Shown here: positions 50,058 to 60,445 of the stretch, one piece after another
Position numbering within the stretch: position 1 is the first letter of the stretch
Layout: the number at the start of each line of letters is the position of its first letter
Source of the DNA: an uncultured Actinomycetota bacterium
GTDB taxonomy: Bacteria > Actinomycetota > Actinomycetes > JACCUZ01
Length of the DNA stretch: 64,000 bases
Assembly (NCBI GenBank): GCA_963789855.1
Contig: CAWBMM010000018.1
Span: 736 to 64,735, forward strand
Reading direction: 5' to 3'
Notes under the pieces: model-generated
Database searches by the model: none
Told to the model about the DNA's origin: nothing
Seen by the model: the letters and a program-made list of their open reading frames with translations, nothing else
Position numbers and translations under genes: made by a program

Positions 50058-50660
50058 ATGTTCGAACGCTTCACCGACTCCGCCCGCGCGGTCGTCGTCG
50101 GCGCCCAGCAGGAGGCCCGTTCGCTGGGCCACGGCTGGATCGGGACCGAGCACCTGCTGCTCGCCGTGGTCGCGGACCCGGCCACGCCGCTCGGCCGGCG
50201 GCTCGGCGACCTCGGCCTCAGCCACGACCGGGTCCGCGCCGAGGTGCACGCCACCCTCGGGGGGAACGCGGACGACGGGTCGGCGCTGCGCGGCCTCGGC
50301 ATCGACCTGGACGCCGTCCGGGCGCGGGTCGAGGAGCAGTTCGGCCCAGGCGCGCTCGACCAGCAGCCGCCGGCGCCGGCTCGAGGGTTGCGCAGCCGGC
50401 TCCGGCGCAGCCGGCTCCGGCGCCCCCGCCGGCCGCAGGACTGCGGCGGTCACATCCCGTTCTCCCGCAGCGCCAAGAAGGCGCTCGAGCTCGCCCTGCG
50501 CGAGTCGATCGGCCTGGGGCAGCGCGAGATCCGGCTGGAGCACCTGACGTTGGGCCTGATGCGCGCCGACGGGCTCGCCTCGACCGTGGTCACCCGGCTG
50601 GGCAGCTCGCCGCAGCAGGTACGCCGGGCAGTGCTCGACGAGCTGGGCCGGGCCGCCTGA
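50058..50660 (+). CDS. Stand-alone Clp N-terminal repeat-domain protein
   Basis: MFERFTDSARAVVVGAQQEARSLGHGWIGTEHLLL...HIPFSRSAKKALELALRESIGLG; no AAA module. Confidence 0.88.
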   Translation: MFERFTDSARAVVVGAQQEARSLGHGWIGTEHLLLAVVADPATPLGRRLGDLGLSHDRVRAEVHATLGGNADDGSALRGLGIDLDAVRARVEEQFGPGALDQQPPAPARGLRSRLRRSRLRRPRRPQDCGGHIPFSRSAKKALELALRESIGLGQREIRLEHLTLGLMRADGLASTVVTRLGSSPQQVRRAVLDELGRAA

Positions 50661-50725
50661 GCGACCCGTCGGGGTCGGGCGCCCGGCAGCGGCACAGCCC
50701 GGACCCGGCGCGGGCAGGGAGTCCG

Positions 50726-51478
50726 TCAGCCGACGGCTTCCATCACCTCGTCGCTGACGTCGAAGTTGGCCCACACGTTCTGCACGTCGTCGGAGTCCTC
50801 GAGGGCATCGATCAGCCGGAAGACCTTCTTGGCGCCGTCCTCGTCGAGCGGCACGTTGACCGAGGGCAGGAACGACGCGTCGGCCGAGTCGTAGTCGATG
50901 CCGGCGTCGACCAGCGCGGTGCGCACGGCCACCAGGTCGGTGGCCTCCGAGACCACCTCGAACGCCTCGTCGAGGTCGTTGACCTCCTCGGCCCCCGCGT
51001 CCAGCACCGCGGTGAGCACGTCGTCCTCGGACAGCCCGTCGGACTTCGGGACGATCACCACGCCCTTGCGGTTGAACAGGTAGGACACCGAGCCGGGGTC
51101 GGCCATCGAGCCGCCGTTGCGGGTCATCGCGGTGCGCACCTCGGCGGCCGCCCGGTTGCGGTTGTCGGTGAGGCACTCGATGAGCACCGCGACGCCGTTG
51201 GGGCCGTAGCCCTCGTACATGATCGTCTGGTAGTCGGCGCCGCCGGCCTCGGCGCCGGAGCCGCGCTTGACCGCGCGCTCGATGTTGTCGTTGGGGACCG
51301 AGGTCTTCTTGGCCTTCTGGATGGCGTCGTACAGGGTGGGGTTGCCGTTGACGTCACCGCCGCCGGTGCGGGCCGCGACCTCGATGTTCTTGATCAGCTT
51401 GGCGAAGGCCTTGCCGCGCCGGGCGTCGATGACGGCCTTCTTGTGCTTGGTGGTTGCCCACTTGGAGTGGCCGCTCAC
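50726..51478 (-). CDS. yebC: YebC/PmpR family protein
   Basis: [39 protein letters not shown]. Confidence 0.95.
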   Translation of the reverse strand: MSGHSKWATTKHKKAVIDARRGKAFAKLIKNIEVAARTGGGDVNGNPTLYDAIQKAKKTSVPNDNIERAVKRGSGAEAGGADYQTIMYEGYGPNGVAVLIECLTDNRNRAAAEVRTAMTRNGGSMADPGSVSYLFNRKGVVIVPKSDGLSEDDVLTAVLDAGAEEVNDLDEAFEVVSEATDLVAVRTALVDAGIDYDSADASFLPSVNVPLDEDGAKKVFRLIDALEDSDDVQNVWANFDVSDEVMEAVG

Positions 51479-51488
51479 GGTGCGATCC

Positions 51489-52100
51489 TCACTGCTGACG
51501 ATCCCTCACGATCCGGACGAACAGCTCGTGGACCCGTCCGTCACCCGTGACCTCCGGGTGGAACGACGTGGCCAGCAGCGAGCCCTGGCGAACGGCGACG
51601 ATCCTACCCGCGGCCGGCCCCTCGTCCACGCGGGCGAGCACCGTGACGCCGTCGCCGACCTCCTCGACCCAGGGCGCCCGGATGAAGACGCCGTGCATCC
51701 GGCCCCCGTCGACCCCGGCCAGCTCGACGTCGCCCTCGAAGGACGCCACCTGCCGGCCGAAAGCGTTGCGCCGCACCGTCATGTCGATGCCGCCGAGGGT
51801 CTCCTGGTCGGGCTTCCCGTCGAGCACCCGGTCGGCGAGCAGGATCATCCCTGCACAGGACCCGTACGCCGGGAGGCCGGCCCGCAGCGCCGCCCGCAGC
51901 GGGTCGCGCAGGCCGAAGGCACGCATCAGCTTGTCCATCGTCGTCGACTCGCCGCCGGGCAGCACGATGCCGGCCAGCCCCTCGAGCTCCTCGGCCCGGC
52001 GTACCGGCCGGCCGGTCGCCCCCGCCCGGTCGAGGGCCACCAGGTGCTCGCGGACGTCGCCCTGCAGGGCCAGGACGCCGATCGTCGGGGCGGTGGTCAC
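51489..52100 (-). CDS. pdxT: PLP synthase glutaminase subunit
   Basis: [32 protein letters not shown]. Confidence 0.96.
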   Translation of the reverse strand: MTTAPTIGVLALQGDVREHLVALDRAGATGRPVRRAEELEGLAGIVLPGGESTTMDKLMRAFGLRDPLRAALRAGLPAYGSCAGMILLADRVLDGKPDQETLGGIDMTVRRNAFGRQVASFEGDVELAGVDGGRMHGVFIRAPWVEEVGDGVTVLARVDEGPAAGRIVAVRQGSLLATSFHPEVTGDGRVHELFVRIVRDRQQ

Positions 52101-52129
52101 GACCGGCCAGCCTAGGAGGTCCCCGCCGA

Positions 52130-52194
52130 AGATCCAGTGGACGCCTCCGCACCGGACCCGCCGCGGAACCGGTGCGTCCGCGTCCAGTGGATCT
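52130..52194. repeat. REP-like long hairpin
   Basis: AGATCCAGTGGACGC / GCGTCCAGTGGATCT (one mismatch) with an inner CGCACCGG / CCGGTGCG stem. Confidence 0.75.
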
Positions 52195-52556
52195 CAGGGG
52201 TCGAGCTCGGCCAGCAGGTGCGCCGGGGCCACCGCGCGCCACGAGTCGGTCACCAGCTCGGCCAGGTCGGCCGCGGCGACGTCGGGCAGCCGGACGAGCA
52301 CGGCCCGGTACCCGTCGTAGTGCGGCTCGGTGAACACTCCCGGCACGGAGGCGATCAGCGCCTCCTTCTCGCCCAGGTCGGCGACCCGGAGCACGACGAC
52401 CTCGGGGTTCGGCACCTTGGTCTTCTTCGGGTGGACCCGCTCGCGCCACAGCCAGACGAATCGCTTGCCGGCGACCTCGAAGCCGAACGCGTCCGGCGAC
52501 TCGGTCGCCGAGGGCAGCGCGAGCGCCAGCCGGCGTACGTCGTCCTGGTCGGCCAT
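52194..52556 (-). CDS. MmcQ/YjbR-like protein
   Basis: VRRLALALP...EKEALIAS..VFTEPHYDGYRAVLVRL...ELVTDSWR. Confidence 0.8.
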   Translation of the reverse strand: MADQDDVRRLALALPSATESPDAFGFEVAGKRFVWLWRERVHPKKTKVPNPEVVVLRVADLGEKEALIASVPGVFTEPHYDGYRAVLVRLPDVAAADLAELVTDSWRAVAPAHLLAELDP

Positions 52557-52584
52557 CGGCTGTTCCCGGCGAACGGCGGGCGGG

Positions 52585-53511
<927 letters not shown>

Positions 53512-53569
53512 GAGGGACCTCACGGGAGAGACGGACGGAGCGCGCCCATCGTACGTCCCGGCGGGGTGG

Positions 53570-54604
53570 TCAGCGGATGGTGACCGGGCTGCCGCGGCCG
53601 ACGAGGGTGACCCACAGCTGACCCGGGGCCAGCGAGGCCGGCTGCCCGGCGATCGTGTACGACGTCACGTCGGACTTCGACGGCCGGGACCACGCGCCCT
53701 CGAACACCTGGCCGTCGCGGAAGAACAGCGCCTTGCCCTTGCCGACCGTCAGGGTCTGCGGCGTGTTCGCGCCGTTGATGTCGTGGTAGACCGACGGCTT
53801 GACCGTGACGTACTGGACGACCAGCGTCGTCGGGCCGAGCTGGCCACCCTCCGCGGCGCGGTCGGCGACCCCGTCCATCGACAGCAGCCAGCGCTTCTTG
53901 GCCGGCGACCACACCGCGCCGACCCGGGCACTCGGGTAGCTCACGGTGACCGCCTTGGCCGGCTTGCCACCGGCCGGCGCGGCACCGAACGTGTAGCCCA
54001 TCTTCGGCGGGGTGTCGACCTTGCCGGCGCGCTTGCGCAGCGCGTCGAACGTCCCGATGACGTCGTAGGGCTGGATGCGGGCCGGCGAGCGGGTGTAGCC
54101 GGTGTGGTCCTGGTCGAAGGACACCAGCTTGAGGTCGGCCCGCTGCAGGTTGTCGGCCAGCTTGTTCTGCGAACCGGAGTAGAAGAGGCCGACCGTGCCG
54201 TACTGCTCGAGCAGGTCGATGTCGGTGATCCGGCCGCTGCGCACCGGCCCGACGTACTTCGGGTAGTCGCTGGAGTAGACCGCCGCCAGCCGGGTGACCC
54301 CGCCCTCGACCTGCTCGACGTAGACGACGTCCGCCTTCGACAGACCCACCTGCGGGTGGGCGTGCCCGGTGTTGTCGAGCTTGACCGCGTAGACCGGACC
54401 GTCCGTCTTCCCCATCCGGCCGGACAGCCGGCTGGGCTGCGGCGGCGGGGGCGGCGTCGAGGTGGCGCTCGGGGTGGGTGTCGGGTTCTCGGCGGCCTGG
54501 GTCTTCGGCTTCGGGTCGGACGAGCAGGCGCTGAGGACGAGCGCGGCGGCCAGCGCGGCCACCGCGGCAAGGCGCAGCGGGGTGGTTCGGGGGGCAGGGT
54601 TCAC
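53570..54604 (-). CDS. DUF3048 family lipoprotein
   Basis: Lipobox VLSAC, AVKLDN...[30 protein letters not shown]. Confidence 0.85.
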   Translation of the reverse strand: MNPAPRTTPLRLAAVAALAAALVLSACSSDPKPKTQAAENPTPTPSATSTPPPPPQPSRLSGRMGKTDGPVYAVKLDNTGHAHPQVGLSKADVVYVEQVEGGVTRLAAVYSSDYPKYVGPVRSGRITDIDLLEQYGTVGLFYSGSQNKLADNLQRADLKLVSFDQDHTGYTRSPARIQPYDVIGTFDALRKRAGKVDTPPKMGYTFGAAPAGGKPAKAVTVSYPSARVGAVWSPAKKRWLLSMDGVADRAAEGGQLGPTTLVVQYVTVKPSVYHDINGANTPQTLTVGKGKALFFRDGQVFEGAWSRPSKSDVTSYTIAGQPASLAPGQLWVTLVGRGSPVTIR

Positions 54605-54623
54605 AGGGCAAACGGTACGGGAC

Positions 54624-55182
54624 CTAGATGAACACCCGCCCCGCCAGGGCGTCCGGCGGCGTGTCGTCGAACTCGGCGGTGGCCGGCCACTCCGCGTGCC
54701 CGGCCAGCCGCAGGTAGCGGACGACGACCTTGCCGCGCACCACCCGGGCCGCCCGCACCACGTCGTTGTGGAAACGGCGCGACAGCTGCACCCGCAGGCA
54801 GGCCGCGCCCAGCTCCTGCAGCATCTCGCGCCCCGCGGCGTCCCCCTCGAACGGCTCGGTGCTCCCCGCGTCGTCGAAGGTCGCGTGCAGGGCCCGGCTG
54901 AGGTCGCTCTCGGCCTGCTCGCGCTCGGCACCGCCCGACTCCCGGGCCTCGTGGGCGGCGTCGGCGAGCAGCAGCCCGCTCGCGGGGTCGAGCCGACCGG
55001 ACACCGCGATCTGCAGCGACACCGAGGCCCGGCGCACCAGCTGCGCGTCCAGCGCGCTGCGCGCCCCCTCGAGCCGCGCGTGCAGCCGGTCGAGCCGGCT
55101 GGCGCTGAACGTGAGGTACCACCCGAGCACGAGCAGCAGCAGGACGGGCCCCGACGACCAGCGTGACGCTCTGGCTCAGCAC
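54624..55182 (-). CDS. Conserved membrane protein of the PIM locus (LemA-like helical domain; frameshift near start)
   Basis: SRLDRLHAR...LDAQLVRR...REQAESDLS...RRFHNDVVR...RLAGHA. Confidence 0.75.
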
Positions 55183-55212
55183 CCCCGGAGCCTAGGGCCC
55201 CGCGCCACTGCG

Positions 55213-55585
55213 TCAGCCGCGCGCCGGCAGCTGTTGCAGCGCCCAGGTGTTGCCATCGGGGTCGGCGAAGTAGACGAACGACCCCCACGGCTGCACGTCG
55301 ACCTCGCTGGCCTCGACGCCGCGGCCGAGCAGCAGCTCACGGGCAGCGGCCGCGTCAGCGATGACGCACATCAGGCCCTTCTGGGTGCCCGGCGTCATCT
55401 CGGTGAGGCCGGTGCCGATCACCACCGAGCAGGCCGAGCCGGGCGGGGTCAGCTGGACGAACCTCATGCTTCTCGTCGACCTGGTGGTCGTGGTCGGCGA
55501 CGAAGCCGACCTGGTCGACGTAGAACGCCTTGGCCCGGTCGACATCGGTGACCGGCACGGTCACGACCTCGAGCTTCATGTCCAT
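55213..55585 (-). CDS. VOC/glyoxalase family protein (frameshifted)
   Basis: VPVTDVDRAKAFY, RFVQLTPPGSACS, FADPDGNTWALQ. Confidence 0.85.
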
Positions 55586-55625
55586 GGCCGGCAACGTAGT
55601 CGGCGGCGAACCGACACCGCGGACG

Positions 55626-56784
55626 TCAGCGGCGCAGCCGGTCCCGCCACGGCCGGCCGACGTCCTCGCCCACCGCCCCGGCCGCGGCCGCCACGGTCTC
55701 GTAGACGGCGAGCAGCTCGGCGCTCACGGTCGCCCAGTCGTAGCGCCGGACCCAGGAGGAGGCGGCCGCGACCAGCTCGGCGCGGCGCGGGCCGTCGTCC
55801 AGCAGCCGCAGCAGCGCCGCGGTGAGCGCCGCCGTGTCGCCGGTCGGGAACGTCACGCCGACCCGCCCGCCGTCCAGCACCCGGCCGAACGCGTCGAGGT
55901 CGGAGGCCACCACCGGCGTCCCCGCCGACATCGCCTCGACGAGCACGATCCCGAAGCTCTCCCCGCCGAGGTTCGGGGCCACGTAGACGTCAGCCGTGCG
56001 CAGCATCCGCGCCTTGTCGTCCTCGGTCACCACCCCGAGGAACGTCACGGCGTCCCGGACCTCGGGGGTGGCGTCCTCGACGGCCTCCCGCGCGTCCCCG
56101 CGACCGGCGACCAGCAGCCGCAGCCCGGGCCGGACCGCGAGCACCCCCTCCATCGCGGCAAGCAGGGTCGGCAGTCCCTTGCGGTCCTCGTCCAGCCGCC
56201 CGATGAACCCGAGGGTGCCGCCCGCGCCGCGCCACTCCGCGCGCGGCTCGGCAGCGCCGAACCGGTCCACGAAGACGCCGTTGGGGATGAGGACCGCGTC
56301 TCCCCCGACGTGCTCGACGAGGGTGCGCCGGGCGTCCTCGGACACCGCCACCCGCGCGCCGATCTTCTCCAGCGCCGGCTCCAGGATCGGGTAGGCCGCG
56401 CTCATGGCCCGGGACCGCAGGTTCGAGGTGTGGAAGGTCGCCACGATCGCCCCGGTCGCCGCCCAGCACGCCAGCAGGGACAGCGACGGCGTCGCCGGCT
56501 CGTGGATGTGCAGCACGTCGAAGCCCCCCTCCCGCAGCCACCGCCGCACCCGCGCGGCCGACAGCGGGCCGAAGTTCACCCGGGCCACCGACCCGTTGTA
56601 CGGCACGGGGACCGCTCGCCCGGCCGGCACCACGTAGGCGGGCAGCGGGGTGTCGTCGTCCGCCGGGGCGAGCACCGACACCTGGTGGCCCATGCCGAGC
56701 AGCACCTGCGCCAGGTCGCGGACGTGGAACTGCACGCCGCCCGGGAACGTCCCAGGAGTACGGGCAGACGATGCCGACCTTCAT
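55626..56784 (-). CDS. pimA: Phosphatidylinositol alpha-mannosyltransferase (GT4; frameshift near start)
   Basis: IVCPYSWDVPG, VPYNGSVAR, LHIHEP, GESFGIVLVEAM. Confidence 0.92.
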
Positions 56785-57725
56785 GCCGCGCCGGCCGTAC
56801 GCCGGGGGCGTGCCGGGTCGAGGTCGGCGAGCCACAGCGGCTGCAGCATGTGCCAGTCGGCGGGGTGCTCGACGATCGCCGCGCCGAACACGTCGGCCAC
56901 CTGCTGGGTCGCCGCCACCACCTTCTCCCGGGTGGTCCCTCGGTCGGGCGGCCGGACCTCGTCGTGGAACCTGATGACCAGCCGGCGTGCGCCCGGGCCG
57001 CCGGTCCCGTCGTCCTCGTGCCAGATGCTCACCGGGTGCAGCGCCGCCCCGGTGCGCAGCGCGAGCATGGCCGGCCCGGGGGGCATGCTCGTCGGCTCGC
57101 CGAGCAGCTCGACCGGGATCCCGGTCGAGCGCAGGTCGCGGTCGGCGAGCAACGGAACCAGGCGGCCGCCCCGCAGCCGCTGGCTCAGCACGTCGAGCAG
57201 GTCCCGCTCGCCGCCGGTCAGCGGCAGGATCTCCATGCCGAGCCCCTCCCGGTAGGCGAGGAAGCGCTCGTAGAGCCGCTCGGGCCGCAGCCGCTCGGCC
57301 ACCGTCACCACCGGGACCCCCGTCAGCGAGGCCCAGGCTCCGGCGTGGTCCCAGTTGCCCATGTGCATCAGGGCCGCGACCAGGCCGCGCTGCCCCGCGC
57401 CGGTGCTGGCCCGCAGGTGCTCCTCCCCCACCACCCGCACCGTCGCGACCACCCGGTCCCGGCTCCAGTCCGGCAGCCGGAAGGCGTCGCACCAGTAGCG
57501 CAGGTAGGACCGCAGCCCGGCCCGGCTGAGCGCCCGCAGGGCCGCCTCGTCGGCGTCCGGCCGGGCCCGCCGCAGGTTGGCCTCCAGCCGCCGGACCGCC
57601 TCGCCGCGCCGCCACCACGCGAGGTCGGCCACCACCTCGAAGAGCCGGTACGCCGCCCGTTCGGGCAGCCGGCGCACCAGGCCCCAGGCCGCGGCGTACA
57701 GCCGGTACGTCAGCGTGTCGCGCAT
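56781..57725 (-). CDS. patA: PIM acyltransferase
   Basis: RYWCDAFRLP, HMGNWDHAG, VAERLRPE, DWHMLQPLW. Confidence 0.9.
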   Translation of the reverse strand: MRDTLTYRLYAAAWGLVRRLPERAAYRLFEVVADLAWWRRGEAVRRLEANLRRARPDADEAALRALSRAGLRSYLRYWCDAFRLPDWSRDRVVATVRVVGEEHLRASTGAGQRGLVAALMHMGNWDHAGAWASLTGVPVVTVAERLRPERLYERFLAYREGLGMEILPLTGGERDLLDVLSQRLRGGRLVPLLADRDLRSTGIPVELLGEPTSMPPGPAMLALRTGAALHPVSIWHEDDGTGGPGARRLVIRFHDEVRPPDRGTTREKVVAATQQVADVFGAAIVEHPADWHMLQPLWLADLDPARPRRTAGAA

Positions 57726-57728
57726 CGG

Positions 57729-58337
57729 TCAGGGGGTCTCGGCGAGCGCCTGGCGGCGCACCGCCATGGCCCGCTGCCCGATCGTCACGGTGCTCGCGAT
57801 CGCGAGCAGCCACAGCGCGACGGCCAGGATGTAGGGGACGCCGAGCCCCGAGAAGCCCGCGCCGACCAGGATCACGACGAGCCGGTCGGCGCGCTCGGCG
57901 ACACCGACGTTCGCGGTCATGCCGAGTCCTTCGGCCCGGGCCCGCGCGTAGGACACGACCGCACCGGTGACCAGGCAGTACAGGCACAGGGCCAGCAGCA
58001 GCGTGTCGTCGCCGTCGCCGGCGAACCACAGCGCCAGGCCGCTGAAGATGGCGGCGTCCCCGATGCGGTCCAGCGTCGAGTCGAGCCAGGCGCCCCACCG
58101 GCTGGACCGGTTGCTCATCCGGGCCATCGTGCCGTCGACGAGGTCGGAGAACACGAAGCAGGTGATGACGATGCTTCCCCACCACAGCGACCCGCGCGGG
58201 TAGAAGGCGAGCGCTCCGACCACGACCCCGATCGTCCCGATCAGGGTCACCAGGTCCGGGCTGACGCCCCGGCGGACCAGGAAGCCCGCGATCGGGGTGA
58301 GGATGCGGGTGAACAGCGCCCGGAAGCGGTTGAGCAC
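57729..58337 (-). CDS. pgsA: Phosphatidylinositol phosphate synthase
   Basis: DLVDGTMAR...GAWLDSTLDRIGD (CDP-alcohol motif); adjacent to patA and pimA. Confidence 0.92.
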   Translation of the reverse strand: MLNRFRALFTRILTPIAGFLVRRGVSPDLVTLIGTIGVVVGALAFYPRGSLWWGSIVITCFVFSDLVDGTMARMSNRSSRWGAWLDSTLDRIGDAAIFSGLALWFAGDGDDTLLLALCLYCLVTGAVVSYARARAEGLGMTANVGVAERADRLVVILVGAGFSGLGVPYILAVALWLLAIASTVTIGQRAMAVRRQALAETP

Positions 58338-58433
58338 GGTCTCCCCGTTCGGGGTCGGCAGCGAGTGAGCCTGGATCGTAGCGAGCGGGCACCCCGGCTC
58401 CGGCAGCGCGACGGGGCGCCCCCCGTTCGGCGG

Positions 58434-58460
58434 CTCAAGGTCTGGCCGGATCGTGCCGAC
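58434..58460 (+). promoter_or_regulatory. sigma28-type promoter
   Basis: CTCAAG-N15-GCCGAC, 10 nt upstream of GTG 58471. Confidence 0.6.
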
Positions 58461-58470
58461 TACTGCCCTC

Positions 58471-60294
58471 GTGCAGCCTCGTCATCCCCTCGGCCACGCA
58501 GCGGCAGCCGTGCTGGCCCTCGCGCTGCCGCTCGGCGCCTGGCTGCTGCCGGTGGCCGGCGGGGCCTCGGCTCCCGTCGTCCGGCTGCCCGACGCCGCCG
58601 AGCACTGCGCGACGTCCGCCCGGCTGACGGTCTGCTCGCACGCCGACCTCGGCCCCGAGGACCCGCTCTCGACCACCACGGCGGCCGTCCAGGCGCGGGC
58701 CGACGCGCTGCAGGACGCCCTGCAGGACGCCGTGCTCGCCGAGCCGTCCGACGCGCCGGACGCCTCGAGCCCGCTGCCGGTCATGCACACCGCCCCCGGG
58801 TGCACCGGCGACGGAGTCTCCGGCAACCGGGTCCAGGTGGTCTACGCCCTGCCCACCGGCCGCACCGACCGGTTCAGCTCGCTGAAGGGCGACCTGGTCA
58901 CCTTCGTCGCGCGGGTCGACGACGTCCTGCAGGGCTCGTCGGCGCTGACCGGGGGCGATGCGGCGGTGCGCTGGGTGACCGACTCGAGCTGCGCGCTGTC
59001 GGTGCAGAAGGTGCCGGTGTCCAGCGCCGCCGAGACGAGCTTCGACACCATGACGACCGAGCTGGCGGCGGCCGGGCTGACCGCCAAGGACCGGAAGTAC
59101 CTCGTCCTGGTCGACACCCCGCTGCGTGGCTACTGCGGCATCGCCCAGCAGTACCTCGACGACCAGCCCGCCTCGACGAACGCCAACAACGGCCGCTACC
59201 CCATGTTCGCCCGGGTCGACACCCAGTGCTGGGGACGGCCCGACCACTCCACCGAGGCCCACGAGCTGGTGCACACGCTCGGCGCGGTGCAGCGCAGCGC
59301 GCCCAACTCCACGGCGTACGGGCACTGCACCGACGAGTCCGACCTGATGTGCTACGCCGACGGCTCCGGCTCGGTGATGCGCTCGGTGTGCGCCGCCGCC
59401 GGCGAGGAGTACCTCGACTGCCGGCACGACGACTACTTCTCGAGCAACCCCTCGGCCTCCTCCTACCTCGGCACCCACTGGAACACGGCTCGCTCGGGGT
59501 TCCTCACCGTGCCGGAGCCGCCGACCGTGACGGTCGCAGCGGTCGACGAGGTGCGCGGCTCGCCGTTCCGGCTGAGCGCGACGCCGGTGGTGCGCTCCGG
59601 ACAGACCTGGACGCTGGGCTGGCACCTGCCGGACGGCTGCACCGTCACCACTGACCCGAGCGGCACGTCGGGAAGCTGCCCGGCGACGATGACCGACCCG
59701 CTCACGGTCTCGGCCACCGTGACCCAGCGCGACGGCCAGGCGGTGACCGTGGCCGCGGCGGTGACGACCGACGGCGTCGCCGTGCCACCAGCCCCGACGC
59801 CCACCCCCACGCCGACGTCCAGCGCGGCACCGACCCCGACCCCCACCCCGACGGCATCGACGATCCCGACGAGCCCGATCGCCGCGGCGCCGCCGGCCCC
59901 CACGACCACCAGCCCGACGACCGGGACCTCCGGCTCACCGGCGCCGACCATCGCCACCGTGACGGCCCTCCGGCGCACGACGGTGTCGGTCGCGCTGGCC
60001 CGCAGCCGGGTCAGCTCCGGCCACCGGGTCCGGGTGTCCGGCCAGGTACGGCTGGCGACCAGCGCCCGGCCGGTCGCCGGCGCCCGGGCGGTGCTCCAGG
60101 TCCGGTCCCGCTCCGGCGCGTGGCGCACGCTGGTCCGGACGTCCGCCGGCTCCCGCGGCGGCCTGCACGCCAGGGTGGCGGCTGACGCCCTGCCGAGGCG
60201 GGCCCGCACCGCCGTGCTGCGCTGGTCGGTCGCCCCGACCACGAGCACAGCCGGGTCGGTCAGCCCGCGGGCACGGGTCACCCTGCTCCGCTGA
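58471..60294 (+). CDS. Secreted Cys-rich zinc metallopeptidase-like protein with Pro/Thr linker and Ig-like C-terminus
   Basis: Signal peptide ending ..GGASA; HELVHTLG...GHCTDESDLMCY (HEXXH plus Met-turn-like); PTPTPT linker; Arg-rich beta tail. Confidence 0.75.
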   Translation: MQPRHPLGHAAAAVLALALPLGAWLLPVAGGASAPVVRLPDAAEHCATSARLTVCSHADLGPEDPLSTTTAAVQARADALQDALQDAVLAEPSDAPDASSPLPVMHTAPGCTGDGVSGNRVQVVYALPTGRTDRFSSLKGDLVTFVARVDDVLQGSSALTGGDAAVRWVTDSSCALSVQKVPVSSAAETSFDTMTTELAAAGLTAKDRKYLVLVDTPLRGYCGIAQQYLDDQPASTNANNGRYPMFARVDTQCWGRPDHSTEAHELVHTLGAVQRSAPNSTAYGHCTDESDLMCYADGSGSVMRSVCAAAGEEYLDCRHDDYFSSNPSASSYLGTHWNTARSGFLTVPEPPTVTVAAVDEVRGSPFRLSATPVVRSGQTWTLGWHLPDGCTVTTDPSGTSGSCPATMTDPLTVSATVTQRDGQAVTVAAAVTTDGVAVPPAPTPTPTPTSSAAPTPTPTPTASTIPTSPIAAAPPAPTTTSPTTGTSGSPAPTIATVTALRRTTVSVALARSRVSSGHRVRVSGQVRLATSARPVAGARAVLQVRSRSGAWRTLVRTSAGSRGGLHARVAADALPRRARTAVLRWSVAPTTSTAGSVSPRARVTLLR

Positions 60295-60445
60295 GGACGC
60301 CGGCGACGCCGGCGACGCTGGCGACCTCGGCTGGCGAGACGTGCGACACAGTCCGGGGCGAAGGACCGAGAGCCCTTGTGCCGAGAGGTACGCCGGGTGA
60401 AGGCTCGGGGCAGTCCTAGCTGACGTCCCCCAGGAGGCGGTCGAG

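Noticed and set aside
60296-60331. (GACGCCGGC)x3-4 repeat
   Set aside because: Short, degenerate GC-rich slippage repeat with no evident function.
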